Assembly (NCBI GenBank): GCA_963924565.1
Contig: OZ004607.1
Location: forward strand, 8,308,001-8,372,000
Direction: 5' to 3'
DNA from: Ascidiella aspersa
Taxonomy: Eukaryota
DNA: 64,000 nt
In this document: positions 10,602-22,635 of the stretch, one piece after another
Layout: every line of letters begins with the position of its first letter
Position numbering within the stretch: the first letter of the stretch is position 1
The notes under the pieces: generated by a model
What the model saw: the letters and a program-made list of their open reading frames with translations, nothing else
The model's database searches: none
What the model was told of the DNA's origin: nothing
Translations under genes and position numbers: made by a program

Positions 10602-13600
10602 ATGTCATCCGATGCATCTGATGGGGAGAAGAGTGAAATCAGTCTGCATCGTTCAGAAAGCGAAGAGTCTGACCAGTCAGAAACCCAGGACAGAACTGAA
10701 GACTCTCCCCCTCCAACGAAGAAAAGGACAGATAAAAGTGAAACCGAAGAAGATAGCGGTACCAGCTATGACAGTGATGAAGACTTAACCGCTCACATCA
10801 GAATCAAGAGTGTTGTAGAGAGAAAAGAAGAACCGCCAGCTAAAAAACGACGGGAAGACAGTGAAAACGAAGAAGACAGAAGAAGTAATGATTCATCAAG
10901 GAGAGATCGCTCAGATCGAAGAACAGATGATTATGACAGGAGAGCTGATTCAGATGGAGAGGACTCTCCACGAAGAAGAGATCGTTCTGATCGCAGACGT
11001 TACTATGACGACAGAAGAAGGAATTATCCTGACAGGCGCCAGGATGAGTTTGATAGAAGGGATGATGGATACAGGAGAAGAGATGAAAGAAGAAGAGAGG
11101 ATTTTGATCTTAGGAGGAATGATGATCGCGATCGCCAGCGAGAAAGGTCACCCAGAGGTGACTCGGAAAAGCAGAAAGAAAATGATGATGGTGCTAACAA
11201 GGAAGCAGCTGCATCGGCCACAACCAAACCGGATCCGCAAAAACTGGTCCAAACGAAAACAGGAGGAGCCTACATTCCCCCTGCCAAGCTAAGAATGATG
11301 CAGCAACAAATGACTGACAAGTCCAGGTAATAATTGCCATACCTGAAACAAAGTGCTTAAATAACAAAACTAAATCATGAAACTAACAGTTTAGAAAACA
11401 TTAACTGAACAAAGAGCTTGACCTAAAATTATCATTTATTGTTGATTTCACTTGTTAATAGTTTCGTTCAACCTATAATCCTAATTTGAAAAAAAGTTGT
11501 GACTAGGTCACCAAAATTTTGAATAACATGTCACCAACACTTTGAATATAGTTACCAGAAGAGGTATTTGTGATTAATATTATGCCTGCAAACAACAGTT
11601 AAAATATTGTCTAGAATAGGTTTAGGTTAAGATTGTTACATCCCAAAATCATTTTTTATATTGAATTAAAGTTACTTTTGCCTTCCACATTTTCACCCAC
11701 AGTAAATTAATACTTTTATTGCAGTGAAGCATTTCAGCAGTTGAGTTGGGAAGCGTTAAAGAAAAGCATCAATGGTTTAATTAACAAGGTCAACGTTTCC
11801 AACATCAAAGAGATTGTTATGGAACTTTTCCATGAAAATATTGTGCGCGGAAGGTAATATTTCGTAAAATGGCCACTTAATGAGTTTCTAGACAAGTGAA
11901 GTTAATCTAGAAGGTTTGTTTCAAGTAATATTTATTTTTATTTTTTTTAATTTCAGAGGCCTTTTGGCTCGGTCAATTCTTACAGCGCAAAACGCGTCAC
12001 CCACCTTTACCCATGTCTATGCAGCTCTAGTGTCAATCATTAATACACGATTCCCTCAAAATGGTGAACTTATTTTGCGGCGGGTCGTTATGCAGTTTAG
12101 AAGGTCATACAGAAGAAACCAGAAAGTAATTTCATATGTTTTTTTTTGCGATTTGTTTCAAACATAGAACAGAATTTATACTAAAAATTTTTGTAATTAT
12201 ATATGAGTCCTATTTCGATGGATATTAAAAATGTTAAAGCACATAAATGTTATGTAACTTCAAACATCATCAAATAAAGTCTTCCACTATATTTTGAACA
12301 ATAATAGCAATAAAATTAAAAAAAAATTGTTATCTATATTTTCTTTTCAGTTAATATTTATAAATCTCTATATTTGTAGCCTGTAGACCAGTGGTTCTCA
12401 ACCGGGGTCCGCAAAACGTTTTCAGGGGGTCCGCAAAAACTTCTAAATATACCTTTAGTAAAATAATTAACGCTGGGAAACATGCCTAATCACAATTTTG
12501 GTATATAAAATCAAAGAAGTGATAAAATCACGCTATAAAATGTTGTAAATTGCATTGTGACGTAACAAATCGCATTGAGTGTGACATAACACTTCCATTG
12601 TAATGCAACACAAATAGATTATCAAATGAATGGCAGGATTATTACAGTTTCCATGTACTGGATTTGGAAAATATGACATGCGTTTATCTATTCTAGCATT
12701 ATCGAAAACACAACCACGCATTTAAAGACTGCCTCGGAGATAAAGCAGCAGAAATCACATTAAAATAAACTCGTTATAAAGTAATTTGGTGTTGTCTGTT
12801 AATTTATTCAACATAAGGTACACTATGGGCAGATATACTGAATTATTGAAAATAACTATAAACGCAGACATTTCACCATAAAAATGTAAGGGGTCCGCGA
12901 CCATTTGAAACCATCAAAAAGGGGCCACGGGTACAAAAAGGTTGAGAACCACTCCTGTAGACTTTTCAAAGCCATATATATACATATATATATATCACAC
13001 ACAATGCTAAATTCTTCTGAACTTAACTGTTGCTTGCATGTTCTGTTTCATTGTGCTCACACTTTATTTAGTTTTACTTTTAAATACGTTTTTTACTAAG
13101 TATGAAATTTTAATATTCATTCCTTTTTTTGAAGGATATTTGTCTCCACTCTGTGCAATTTATAGCTCACCTGATTAACCAGCAAGTAGCTCATGAGATT
13201 CTTGGCCTACAGATTCTGACATTACTCCTTGAAACTCCAACCGATGACTCAGTTGAGGTATAATAACATTGATGGCGTATTTGACAAGTTGTATAATGTG
13301 CTGTATTCTGAGCGTGATAACTTCCAACTACTTTCATTAGTTGAGTTAAAAAATATTATTTTTATAGAACTGTTCATGAATCTTTATGGGACGACTTTGA
13401 CATTCACACATGCATTAATTTTTTTATGAGATATCTCTCTTGAATGCTGCCTTCTCACATATAATTGTCAAGATATTTTATGATATGAGATTAAAAAAAA
13501 TTGTCATGATATTTTATGTTGTAAAATTTCTTTCTTGAATGCTGCCTTCTCAGATAAAATTGTCATGATATTTTATGTTTACCTAATGATAAAACTTATT

Positions 13601-16600
13601 ATGTAAATCAGAACAAACCTTTTTTAAACCATAATTTTCAGGTTGCTATCGGTTTCCTGAAGGAAAGCGGACAAAAGTTAGGTGAAGTATCACCACGGGG
13701 TTTGGCAGCCGTGTTCGAGAGATTAAGAGTTGTGCTGCATGAGGAGCAACTTGAAAAAAGAGTGCAGTACATGATTGAAGTATGTCTTTTAAGTGTCGCT
13801 TGTGTCTCTTATCATGCATACGTTTCACTCTGACATTTAAAACCGTATGCATATAGAAACACAATTACTCACATACATTGTTGTACGTTTTCTGTTCACT
13901 GGTTGTTAAAAAATAGTATTTTTTCTCACAATATCCCTATTTATTATACAACTTTTATTTTTATCTGATTTTGTAACTTACTGCAAAGGTTTTGGTTGTT
14001 AACCTAAGAATAAAACTGTTTTTTTTGGGGCAAAACAAAACTAAAATGTAACCATTTATATGTAATGCTGTCATACTTTCTGTACTACATCGACAATAAA
14101 AATATATTGCTAATCTGAGCACACTTTTCAGGTGATGTTTGCTGTTCGAAAAGATGGATTTAAAGAACACCCGGCGGTTATCGGCGATCTTGACCTGGTT
14201 GATGAAAGTGACCAGTTTACACATATGTTGACGGTTGATGACAACAATATTAAGGCTCTCGAGACAGAAATGAACGTCTTTAAAGTCGATCCTGACTTTT
14301 TGACAAGCGAAGAAAATTACAAACAAATAAAGAAAGGTATAATGAAGTTATAAATTTGAAAGGTATGTTTGGTTCGAACTTATTTAGCGGATTACACCAA
14401 TTTTTCCGGCATTTCTTACAGTTTATTCACTTTTAATCTAAACTTTTTTGTCGTTAGCTTTTGACCTAATTGGCTTTTTATTATTAGCTTTGATGCAACG
14501 CCATAAATATTTCGCCAAGCTGTCCCGTCGCATTAATTAGGAAGTTATTACATTAGAAAAAATCCTGACTGCACTAATGTACTACAAGAAACATGGGTCT
14601 ACTGACTCTTGAAGTTTTATATGGCGGTGAATTATCAAAATAATTGCAAAGGGTCCACTAGGCAAAATGTTTAAAAAAGATTGGGAATCGCTGGTTTAAG
14701 CTTTCTTAATCTAAACTTTTTTGTCATGTCATTAGCCTTCGACTTGACGTTTCATTATTAGTTTTGATGTAACGCCATAAAATATTTTGCCAAGCTGTCC
14801 ATTAGCGCAAGACTCTCACTCTCTTTTTGACCTATCTTCTTAGAAATTCTTGATGAGAGTGATGGAGGATCAAGTGGAAGTGGGTCTTCCTCAGGATCAG
14901 AATCTGATGATGAAGAAGGTTTGGCTTCACTGTCTTTCTAAAATAGGCTTTATTGCACTGTGATGCTGACCTTTAAGGTTTTGTTTGGTTAAAATTGGAC
15001 ACAATGGCATGAGAATATAGTTATACCAACTGAAACACAAGCTGTAAAACAGACAAGAATCTATATTTTGCCCGTCTGTAGATTTTCAGAATTTTATTTT
15101 AAGTATAACAGATAAAAAGGTGTGAACTGGTGTTAACAATAAACACACTTAAAAAACTAATGTTTTGTTCTGCATAGCTTGATTTTTTTTAATGAAAATG
15201 TCATCTCTTATAATGATTACTGTTTAAAACACAAAAAGATTGTGTGAAACATTAATAGATTTTTATTTGTATCTGTAGAAGAAGAAGAGACTACGATGGA
15301 AATCACTGACAAGACAGAAACGAATCTTGTTGCCCTTCGACGCACAATTTATCTCGCCGTTCAATCCAGTTTGACCTTTGAAGAATGTGCTCACAAAATT
15401 CTCAAAATGGAGTTTGCAGAAAAGGACTATGTTAGTTATTGTTGTGTATCTCTTTCTGTATTCTTTTAGTACTTACCGGATACACATCATAGTTTATTGC
15501 TAGGTCATGAAACAAAGATTTTTTAATATGAAATCAATTTGAAAGTTTTGCTTAAAAGCCTTTAGTATGAGACAAAATCCCCACATTGTTGTGATTGTTG
15601 ATACTAATAAAATGTTTGTCATAGCTGATGAATCTCCTTAATAGGTTATAAACATATATAACCTAATTACGACAAGGTTGCCCGGCTCTGCGCTCAATCT
15701 CATTTCCGTATTTCTTCAATGAGAAATTTCTAATTTTTCTTGACAGGGTGAGATTTGTGCGATGATCATTGACTGCTGCTCTCAGCTGCGTACCTACGAG
15801 AAGTTCTTTGGTCTTCTGGGAGGGGTAAGTAGTTGCTATTTTGTTAGTGTATTACCAATTTATTTAAAATAGATTTAATATTAACACATACACCGGAAGT
15901 TTTTAATAGACTAACCTAATCAGTTGATCAATGACGAAAACAAGGCCAGGCTAGAAAAAAACACTACTAGCCTGTGGTGGGGTTCGAACTCACGTCCTTT
16001 GGTCATACCAGAACCGTCGTCTTGCCAACTGAGCTACAAGGCTCATAGGGAGCCAGTCAAGAAACAACTATCCTCTTAGTACAAAAACAACTTCATATTA
16101 AAGGGGATTTACAGTATACAACATTCTGTCAAAAGAAAGATATATACACATACGTGTATCTAGTCCTGAGGCGCTTTATATCAGATGTATTGTTTTTTTT
16201 TTGTTTTTTTTAACTTTATTTAGTAACTCTACAATTAAAGGTTAAAAACAAATGTTTACGTTTTCGGCAGCGGTTCTGTATGTTAAAGAAAGAGTTCATG
16301 GAACATTTTGAGCTTCTGTTTGCTCAGCAATACGAAACGATTCACAGATTGGAGACCAACAAGCTAAGGAATGTCGCAAAGGTCTGTAAAATATATTGTC
16401 TCAAAAATGTTTGATGAATGTCAAGCGAAATATTTTATATAAATATCTTGGCATCAGAAAGGGAAGCCCTGGCTAATTACCTTGATAAATAAAGGTAAAT
16501 ATTCCCAGGAAAAATGTCGATTATGCTTGTCACTGTTACAACCCAGACCCTTAACCAAGCTGCATTTTTTCTTTAAATCGGACATAAAAGGGATATGTTA

Positions 16601-19600
16601 TGTCGCTGTCATTCAATTTTTTTGTTTTACTTGTTGATTTTGCAACATTTGTTCTAGAAAGGCGATTTGTATTACACAACTTGCACAATTTTTACAATGC
16701 GAATGCTAACAAGAAGCTCGTCCGGTACTTAATTATTTTTTCCAACGTTTCAGCTCCCTATAAAGAATGCCTTCATTAGGGAATGTAACCACACCACGCG
16801 AAAACGGCACAAAATAAGAATGATGTTTTATCCTTTTTTGTGTCGTTTTACTTTGCGTTGTGTTGTTGCACTCTAAGGATGATAAAGACATCCTTTACAG
16901 CAGTGGTCGGCAAACTTTTTTTGTCGCGGCCCGAAGTACTCTTTTTCGGAGCTATTAAAGGCCCACTACGTAAAACCACAACGAAATCAGTGGTGGATTC
17001 AGGATATTTGATTTAAAGGTGAAATATTACACGGCGCCTTAATGCCCAAAACACTGCTATACATAATGTAAAATACACTACAAAACAAAAAAACATACGC
17101 GCGCTAAGCGCGAAAAATTTTTCAATTACATATAGTTAAAGTTGGCAAAAAATATAGTTGGACAGGCCCTCAGAAGCACATTTGACACGTGGGCCTTAAA
17201 AATTCCATGCCACACCAACTATTAAAATAAAGTGTTATGATTGTACGGCTATCACGCGGTCCACAATTACATGATAAGACTTAACTATTTAAAAGTAACT
17301 CGCGGCCCACTAAAAGTGGCTCTGCGGCCCACAGTTTGCCGACCACTGCTTTAGTAGCTAAATCGTTGGGAAAAATAAATAAGTTCCAAAGAGGTTCTTA
17401 TTAGTATACTATGCCCGGTGGCAGATTGAGAAAGAAATGTAAGTTTTAACTTTCCGTGACTGTAGTTTATATGTATTGCATCAGAAAAAAAAATATTATG
17501 TCTTTACGATGTTATGCTGAAAGGTTTCCTATCGTGTTACATTTTTCAGTTCTTTGCCCACCTGCTCCACTCTGACGCAATCCCGTGGAGCGCTCTCGCC
17601 AACATCCGGCTCTCGGAGGAGACCACCACCTCATCCTCCCGCATTTTCATCAAAATCCTCTTCCAGGAGATCACGGAGTACATCGGGATCACCAAGCTCA
17701 ACGAGAGACTCAAGGACCCGTACGTGTTTAACTTGTTAAGAATGCAAAGCGATCAAAGAGCTTAAGTGCTTGTATCTTTCACCAAGTCTGGTGGTTTTGC
17801 GACTAAGGCACAAGAATATAATCGATAAGGACGCATATTATACATAAAAATTGAGTAAATTTGATGCACGCCAAAAAAGCCAAAGCAAATTCGTGATGTT
17901 TGTATGAATGTGTTTCAATATTGAAATATAGCCAATGTATACAAATCTTACTTAATAACATTCATTAAGCAGTTCTTTAACTTGCTGATTTGAGTGCATA
18001 ACTTTAAATTGGATTTTTATTATTTAAATCTGATTTTTCAGTCGTTTTTTGCAGAACGCTGGCGCCGTTCTTCGAAGGGATTTTCCCGAGGGACAACCCC
18101 AAGGACACAAGATTCGCCATCAACTTTTTCACGTCTATCGGTCTTGGCGGCATCACGTAAGCACATCTTCTTAACAGTCATATATTTTGTATTGCTTACA
18201 TGATCAGGGGCAGGTCAAACTAGGAATTTCATCTACATGCAAATACTACAGCTACCAGCTTCTGTCCATAACAGTCCAGAGTTGACTACCTTGAAATTAT
18301 TATAACCTACATCTCTATCTAGATAAGAAGTTTGTTATCAGTTTTATGGCACTTCGGGTTATACTTGATCCAGTTTGGGCAAAACCCACTTTACTTAAAA
18401 TGTGAAGATATTTTGTAAACGTAACAAAATGCCCAGCGTAACATTGTATAATTTTTTCTGGGACCCGGGGACAGTAGGCATCTATAATCCTAAAATCTGA
18501 TTTTGAAAAACATAAAAGTAGCAGTTGTTAATAAACTTAGTAATCAGTGTGATTTGGTCTTCGAAGTCGCACATAACTGGTGACGCTTAATAAATAGTAT
18601 TATATTCACTTATTTCACTGTTCAAATTTAAAGCGACGAACTGCGCGAGCATCTCAAAGTATCGGCGGTCCTTCTCTCTCAAAAGCTCCAGGCGGAACAA
18701 TTGGCTGCTCTTAACGCGTCAACCTCGGATGACAGCTCTTCTGAAGGTCAGTAGTTCATTGGATGGATGGTTGTTGATTTTATTAACATGACAATATATT
18801 TGGTTGGATGTAATACATGAGTCGAGTGGTTGTTTGACAATGATTTCAATAAATATTTGCTTGGATGTAATTAATTGGTCAGTGGTTGTTTGACAAAGTC
18901 AGTGGTTGTTTGACAACTACTTAATGATTGGTTGATCCGCTTTTTAGTTTGTTTATTGTTTGAAACTGTTTTTTTGGTGATTGGTTTATTTGTTGCCAGA
19001 TAATTGAATATTTACACTAATATATTACACTCAGAAATAAGGCAATCGATATGCCAAAAAATGCCTATTTTGAGGGTTTGGAAGAAAATAAGACAGTGTT
19101 ATCTGTTATGTGACATTCCTGTTCAATATATTTTTGTTTAAAACAATTAAACTTGAATTTGGCGATTTCTATCTGGAAGAACAAAAGTGGCAATGGAAAT
19201 TTGTTTTGACATTGCCGATGCTGTGCTAATCTCTTGTTTACCTTTTGTTTTTCAGATTCCAGCCCCGACGAGGAGCGCAAGAAAAAGAAGAAAAAGCTGA
19301 AGAAACGGAAAATAAAGAAATCGAAGAAGCAGAAAAAGAAGAACAAGAAAAACAAGAAGGCCGCGAAATCGTCCGACTCGAGTTCGGAAGACCAAAGCAG
19401 CTCGAAATCCGAGAGTGAAAAGGATATAAAAAAGAAGTCTTCCAAAGCGAAAAAGAAGCATAAGAAGAAAAAAGAAGTGGAGGAGTCGGAATCGAGTTCA
19501 GCCGAAGAGAAAGAAGAAGATCAATCTGTCAAAGAGAGATCCGAGAAGAGGAACTTTAATCAGGTGGAAGTCGATGAGAGAAGAGACCACAGAAGATCGC

Positions 19601-20313
19601 GACGCGATGAGGACACCGAAAGACCTTCTCGGCCACGAGAAGAAGGCGGAAGAGGCAACGATCAGGAGCGCAGACAAAGATCCCCGGATCGCGGTCGCCA
19701 TGGTGACGATCAACGCTGGCGCCGCGACTTCGAACAAAGGCGACAATCCCCGGATCGAAGACGCAAGAACGATAATAATGATAATGCTCGTACTCTAAAT
19801 CGTGACTTCCGGGATTCGCGAGACAGGCAGAGGTCTCCGGACCGTCGTCGTGACAACGGAAGACAGAGATCCCCGAATTCTCCTGGTCGTCGTCGTGACA
19901 ACAACAGAAATAGGTCCCCGGATCGCTCCAACCGTCGCCGGGATAACAATGTTCAAAGGTCCCCCGATCGTTCCGACCGTCGCCTTGACAACAGAAGACA
20001 GAGGTCCCCAAATTCACCGGATCGTCGTCGTGACAACGACGTAAAGAGGTCCCCAGATCGCTCGCGGCGCAATGACCGAAGCGAGAAGTCCACCCAGAGG
20101 CGATCTCCTTCGCCTCCATCACGGTCCTATAAGGAAGACCGCTCGCGTCGCGACACCAGGATGGACGGGAAAAAGAAGTACATCAAGCCTCGGAGCGCCA
20201 GCGTGTCTTCCGGAAGTCCCAGCTCCGGAAGCGAGAGCGATTCTTCTCCTCCTCCTCAATCGCGCCGGAGACCATCCCGGAGCGTTTCTCCCGATCCCAG
20301 ATCTCGCAGATGA
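10602..20313 (+). CDS. CWC22: Pre-mRNA splicing factor CWC22 (nucampholin; MIF4G + MA3 domains), complete, 14 exons
   Basis: Exons 10602-11326, 11725-11853, 11957-12125, 13135-13257, 13642-13779, 14132-14336, 14844-14918, 15279-15430, 15747-15824, 16271-16381, 17550-17719, 18055-18156, 18634-18746, 19256-20313, all GT-AG and in frame. Hallmarks [105 protein letters not shown] at ~20586. Confidence 0.97.
12389..12954. mobile_element. hAT-type MITE (CAGTGGTTCTCAACC family)
   Basis: TIRs CAGTGGTTCTCAACC / GGTTGAGAACCACTC; perfect 8-bp TSD CTGTAGAC; subterminal GGGGTCCG repeats. Confidence 0.9.
13437..13580. repeat. Degenerate local tandem duplication
   Basis: TCTTGAATGCTGCCTTCTCA..ATTGTCA.GATATTTTATG repeated. 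Confidence 0.7.
14434..14800. repeat. Diverged ~90-bp direct repeats (14434-14525, 14706-14800) flanking a hAT MITE 3' fragment
   Basis: TTAATCTAAACTTTTTTGTC..GATG.AACGCCATAAA..GCCAAGCTGTCC twice; GGGTCC..GATTGGGAATCGCTG between them. Confidence 0.7.
15968..16043 (-). pseudogene. Degenerate tRNA-like sequence (GGT/Thr-like anticodon); tRNA pseudogene or tRNA-derived SINE head
   Basis: A box TAGCTCAGTTGG, B box GTTCGAACC, cloverleaf with mismatches in the D, anticodon, T and acceptor stems; T7 run ~7 nt downstream. Confidence 0.75.
16727..17384. mobile_element. Fold-back element with two inverted hammerhead-like arms, interrupted by a hAT MITE
   Basis: Left arm ACTTAATTATTTTTTCCAACG..CACGCGAAAACGGCACAAAA is inverse to TTTTTGTGTCGTTTT..GCGTTGTG..[insert]..CGTTGGGAAAAATAAATAAGT. 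Confidence 0.7.
16901..17348. mobile_element. hAT-type MITE (CAGTGGTCGGCAAAC..GTTTGCCGACCACTG)
   Basis: Perfect 15-bp TIRs, subterminal GCGGCCC repeats; flanks CTTTACAG/CTTTAGTA (degenerate TSD). Confidence 0.85.
18794..18916. repeat. Degenerate tandem repeat
   Basis: AGTGGTTGTTTGACAA x3 and ATATTTG.TTGGATGTAAT x2. Confidence 0.7.
19670..20070 (+). repeat. Coding tandem repeat (R-x-R-S-P-D-R..RRDN) in the CWC22 last exon
   Basis: About eight SP(D/N) units; recurring DNA motifs CCCCGGATCG and CGTCGTGACAAC. Confidence 0.8.
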
Positions 20314-22635
20314 AGTGGGCAGCTAATGCTGTTGTTGTTTAAAAAGTGAATACAGTGCCGCCTGTGACGTCACAGTGAAGCGTTCTTTATAAGCGACCAA
20401 TCAGCAGAAGGCTAGTCGACTGGTGAATGCGAACCTTGTAGGGCGATTTTTGTGGATCGACCGACCTTTTCACGCTCGCTGTTACTGCCTGTCACTTTTG
20501 ACAAACCTGGAACTCGTGCGTTTTTGTGCGATTGTTATTTTTGTGAATAATAATGATGTAAGCTCCCTGCGAGCGGTGGCATCAAAATAAACCTGGTAAA
20601 GCATCAAAAACCCTTTTTTGTTTTGAGGTTAAAGTCTGTTGTTGTTCCAAAGGGAATTCACACGCTAGATGACAGCCATCCACAGTCTGCAAAAATATGC
20701 TTTTTTCAAGTTTCAGTAGAAATGAAAATATTAAGTTTTTGAACTGGTTCATTTTTATTCAAATAGTGAGTTTTTATGTGTGGCACTGAAAATATACGGG
20801 GTGGGGGATTTGGTGTTTAGTAAAATACATCTATACTACGTACATCTGTAAGATGGTACAGATATATTATTTGAATCTAATAAAAAAAAATAACAGTACA
20901 AATGCTCAACACAATAAAAATAGATTTTAATTTTTCCTTACTGGCATTTTGTTAACACATGACTTAAGCTACACACAAAATAAATGAAAAAGATTTTCGA
21001 AAAAACAGGGCTGTTTAAACACTGCTCAGAACGTAAAACAATTCAAAGACATTTTGTGGCAACCCTAACAACGCCAAACATGACCTTTTTATGGTGCCAA
21101 TAAAAGAAACTAAACACTCGGTTATTTTCGGACTTGGTTTAAATATTAACATTTCATGAGAAGTAGGACAAGTTGGTCGACCCAGAACAGTAATAAAAAA
21201 ATAGTACTGGACCTTTTAACAGAACCACAAAGGGTATAAAAAATAATCTAAGACAACTTTATTCAAAAAGAGCAGAATACTATAGTTATGCAAATTTCAT
21301 CATCAGTTCCACTTAAAAAAATTGTTTTTTTGTTGTTTGTAGTTTTCAAGCGGAACGGATGATGCATTTTGCTGTAGAATTGTAGACTTTACGCATCTTA
21401 ATATACCAACCGCAACGACTGTTAGTCAGGGATAAAAACTATTCATTATACTTTATTTTTCAAAACAAGGGCTCTCCAAGATAACAACACGACACATGAT
21501 TTCAGCTGAAAATAAGTTTTTAAAAAGTTAAAAAGTGTATTCTGACGAATCCGTGAGCATTCCTTCCTTGAAATTAAGGTTTTCTTCCGTTATTGTCTTG
21601 ACTTTAGTTTCAGGAGCCTGGCTTTTAGTATTGTTTTTGAATAAAAGTTGTTTTACAGCATTTGTTAAAAAAACAAAGCTTCGTTTTACTTCTGTAGTTT
21701 ATTTACAGCAGTAGTAAGGCAATGAGAGTACAAAGTGTGAGAAGACATTTCACTGGAATAGAAGGATGAAACAAGAACAAAATGTGAAACGCAGATGACA
21801 AAAAAAACATAGCTGCACATTTTTTAAGTTTAAAATACTTTCTTCGACAGCCGAAAAAGCTGGACTTTAGTTACTCTTACGTCAACGCTGGACATAACTT
21901 GCCTATAATCATAACAAGTCTTCATTAGTGCACAAAGGAATCCAACAATAATACCTTCAAAAAATAGGTTTAACAACGCATCAAAATGTTCGACTTCAGT
22001 ATTTTATTCAATCCTGATAGTTGTGTTATTCTTCTGAAAATGAAACAAAGCAATATGACATAACGAGGATCACCTAGAACTTCTTTAAAAAAACAGGATG
22101 TGTTTTTCTAAATTTACAATTAAAGGCGGGCAGTGATTGGTAGCCAGTCTCTGTTAGTTTTGGTTGAATTAAAAAATATTTTGTTAGTGTTACTGCCACA
22201 TTCAATCTGTTTATTTTCCACCATAATAGAGGCGCCAGTAACAGTAGGTAAGCAGCGCTTTTAAGAAGGTATGTACAGAAATGAGTAAAAAAACATAGAA
22301 CAAAGTTGTTGGTATAATGAAGATGTGAATAAGAGTTACGCGTGGCAAGACAATATAATTTATTTCGGATTAAACGGAAACGAAACTGCGAATATCTTTT
22401 AACTAAGTGGTCCATGGATCAGAGTTTAAGAACCTCACCATAAAAGCTATTTTGTTTTACAAGGGCTTTCAGCAACGTTTATTGCAACAGAGAATTTAAC
22501 AAGTGACAGCAGCCGATTTGCTAATTTTAGTAACATTTCAACAAAGATTAAGTAGTTGTTGGACCAGTGTTAGGGTTGCAAGGCATGAGTGATAGGGTTT
22601 TGAGTTGCTACAGCAGACAAAAAGGTGTTTAAGCC

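Noticed and set aside
10861-11292. Alternative-frame and antisense ORFs over CWC22 exon 1
   Set aside because: Shadows of a purine-rich low-complexity coding sequence.
15620-15655. CTGATGA..TAAAC, and minus-strand CTGATAT..GATACACGT at 16141-16190, as hammerheads
   Set aside because: Core too degenerate and helix pairing unconvincing.
19065-20326. Several overlapping ORFs on both strands
   Set aside because: Shadow frames of the GC-rich repetitive CWC22 last exon.
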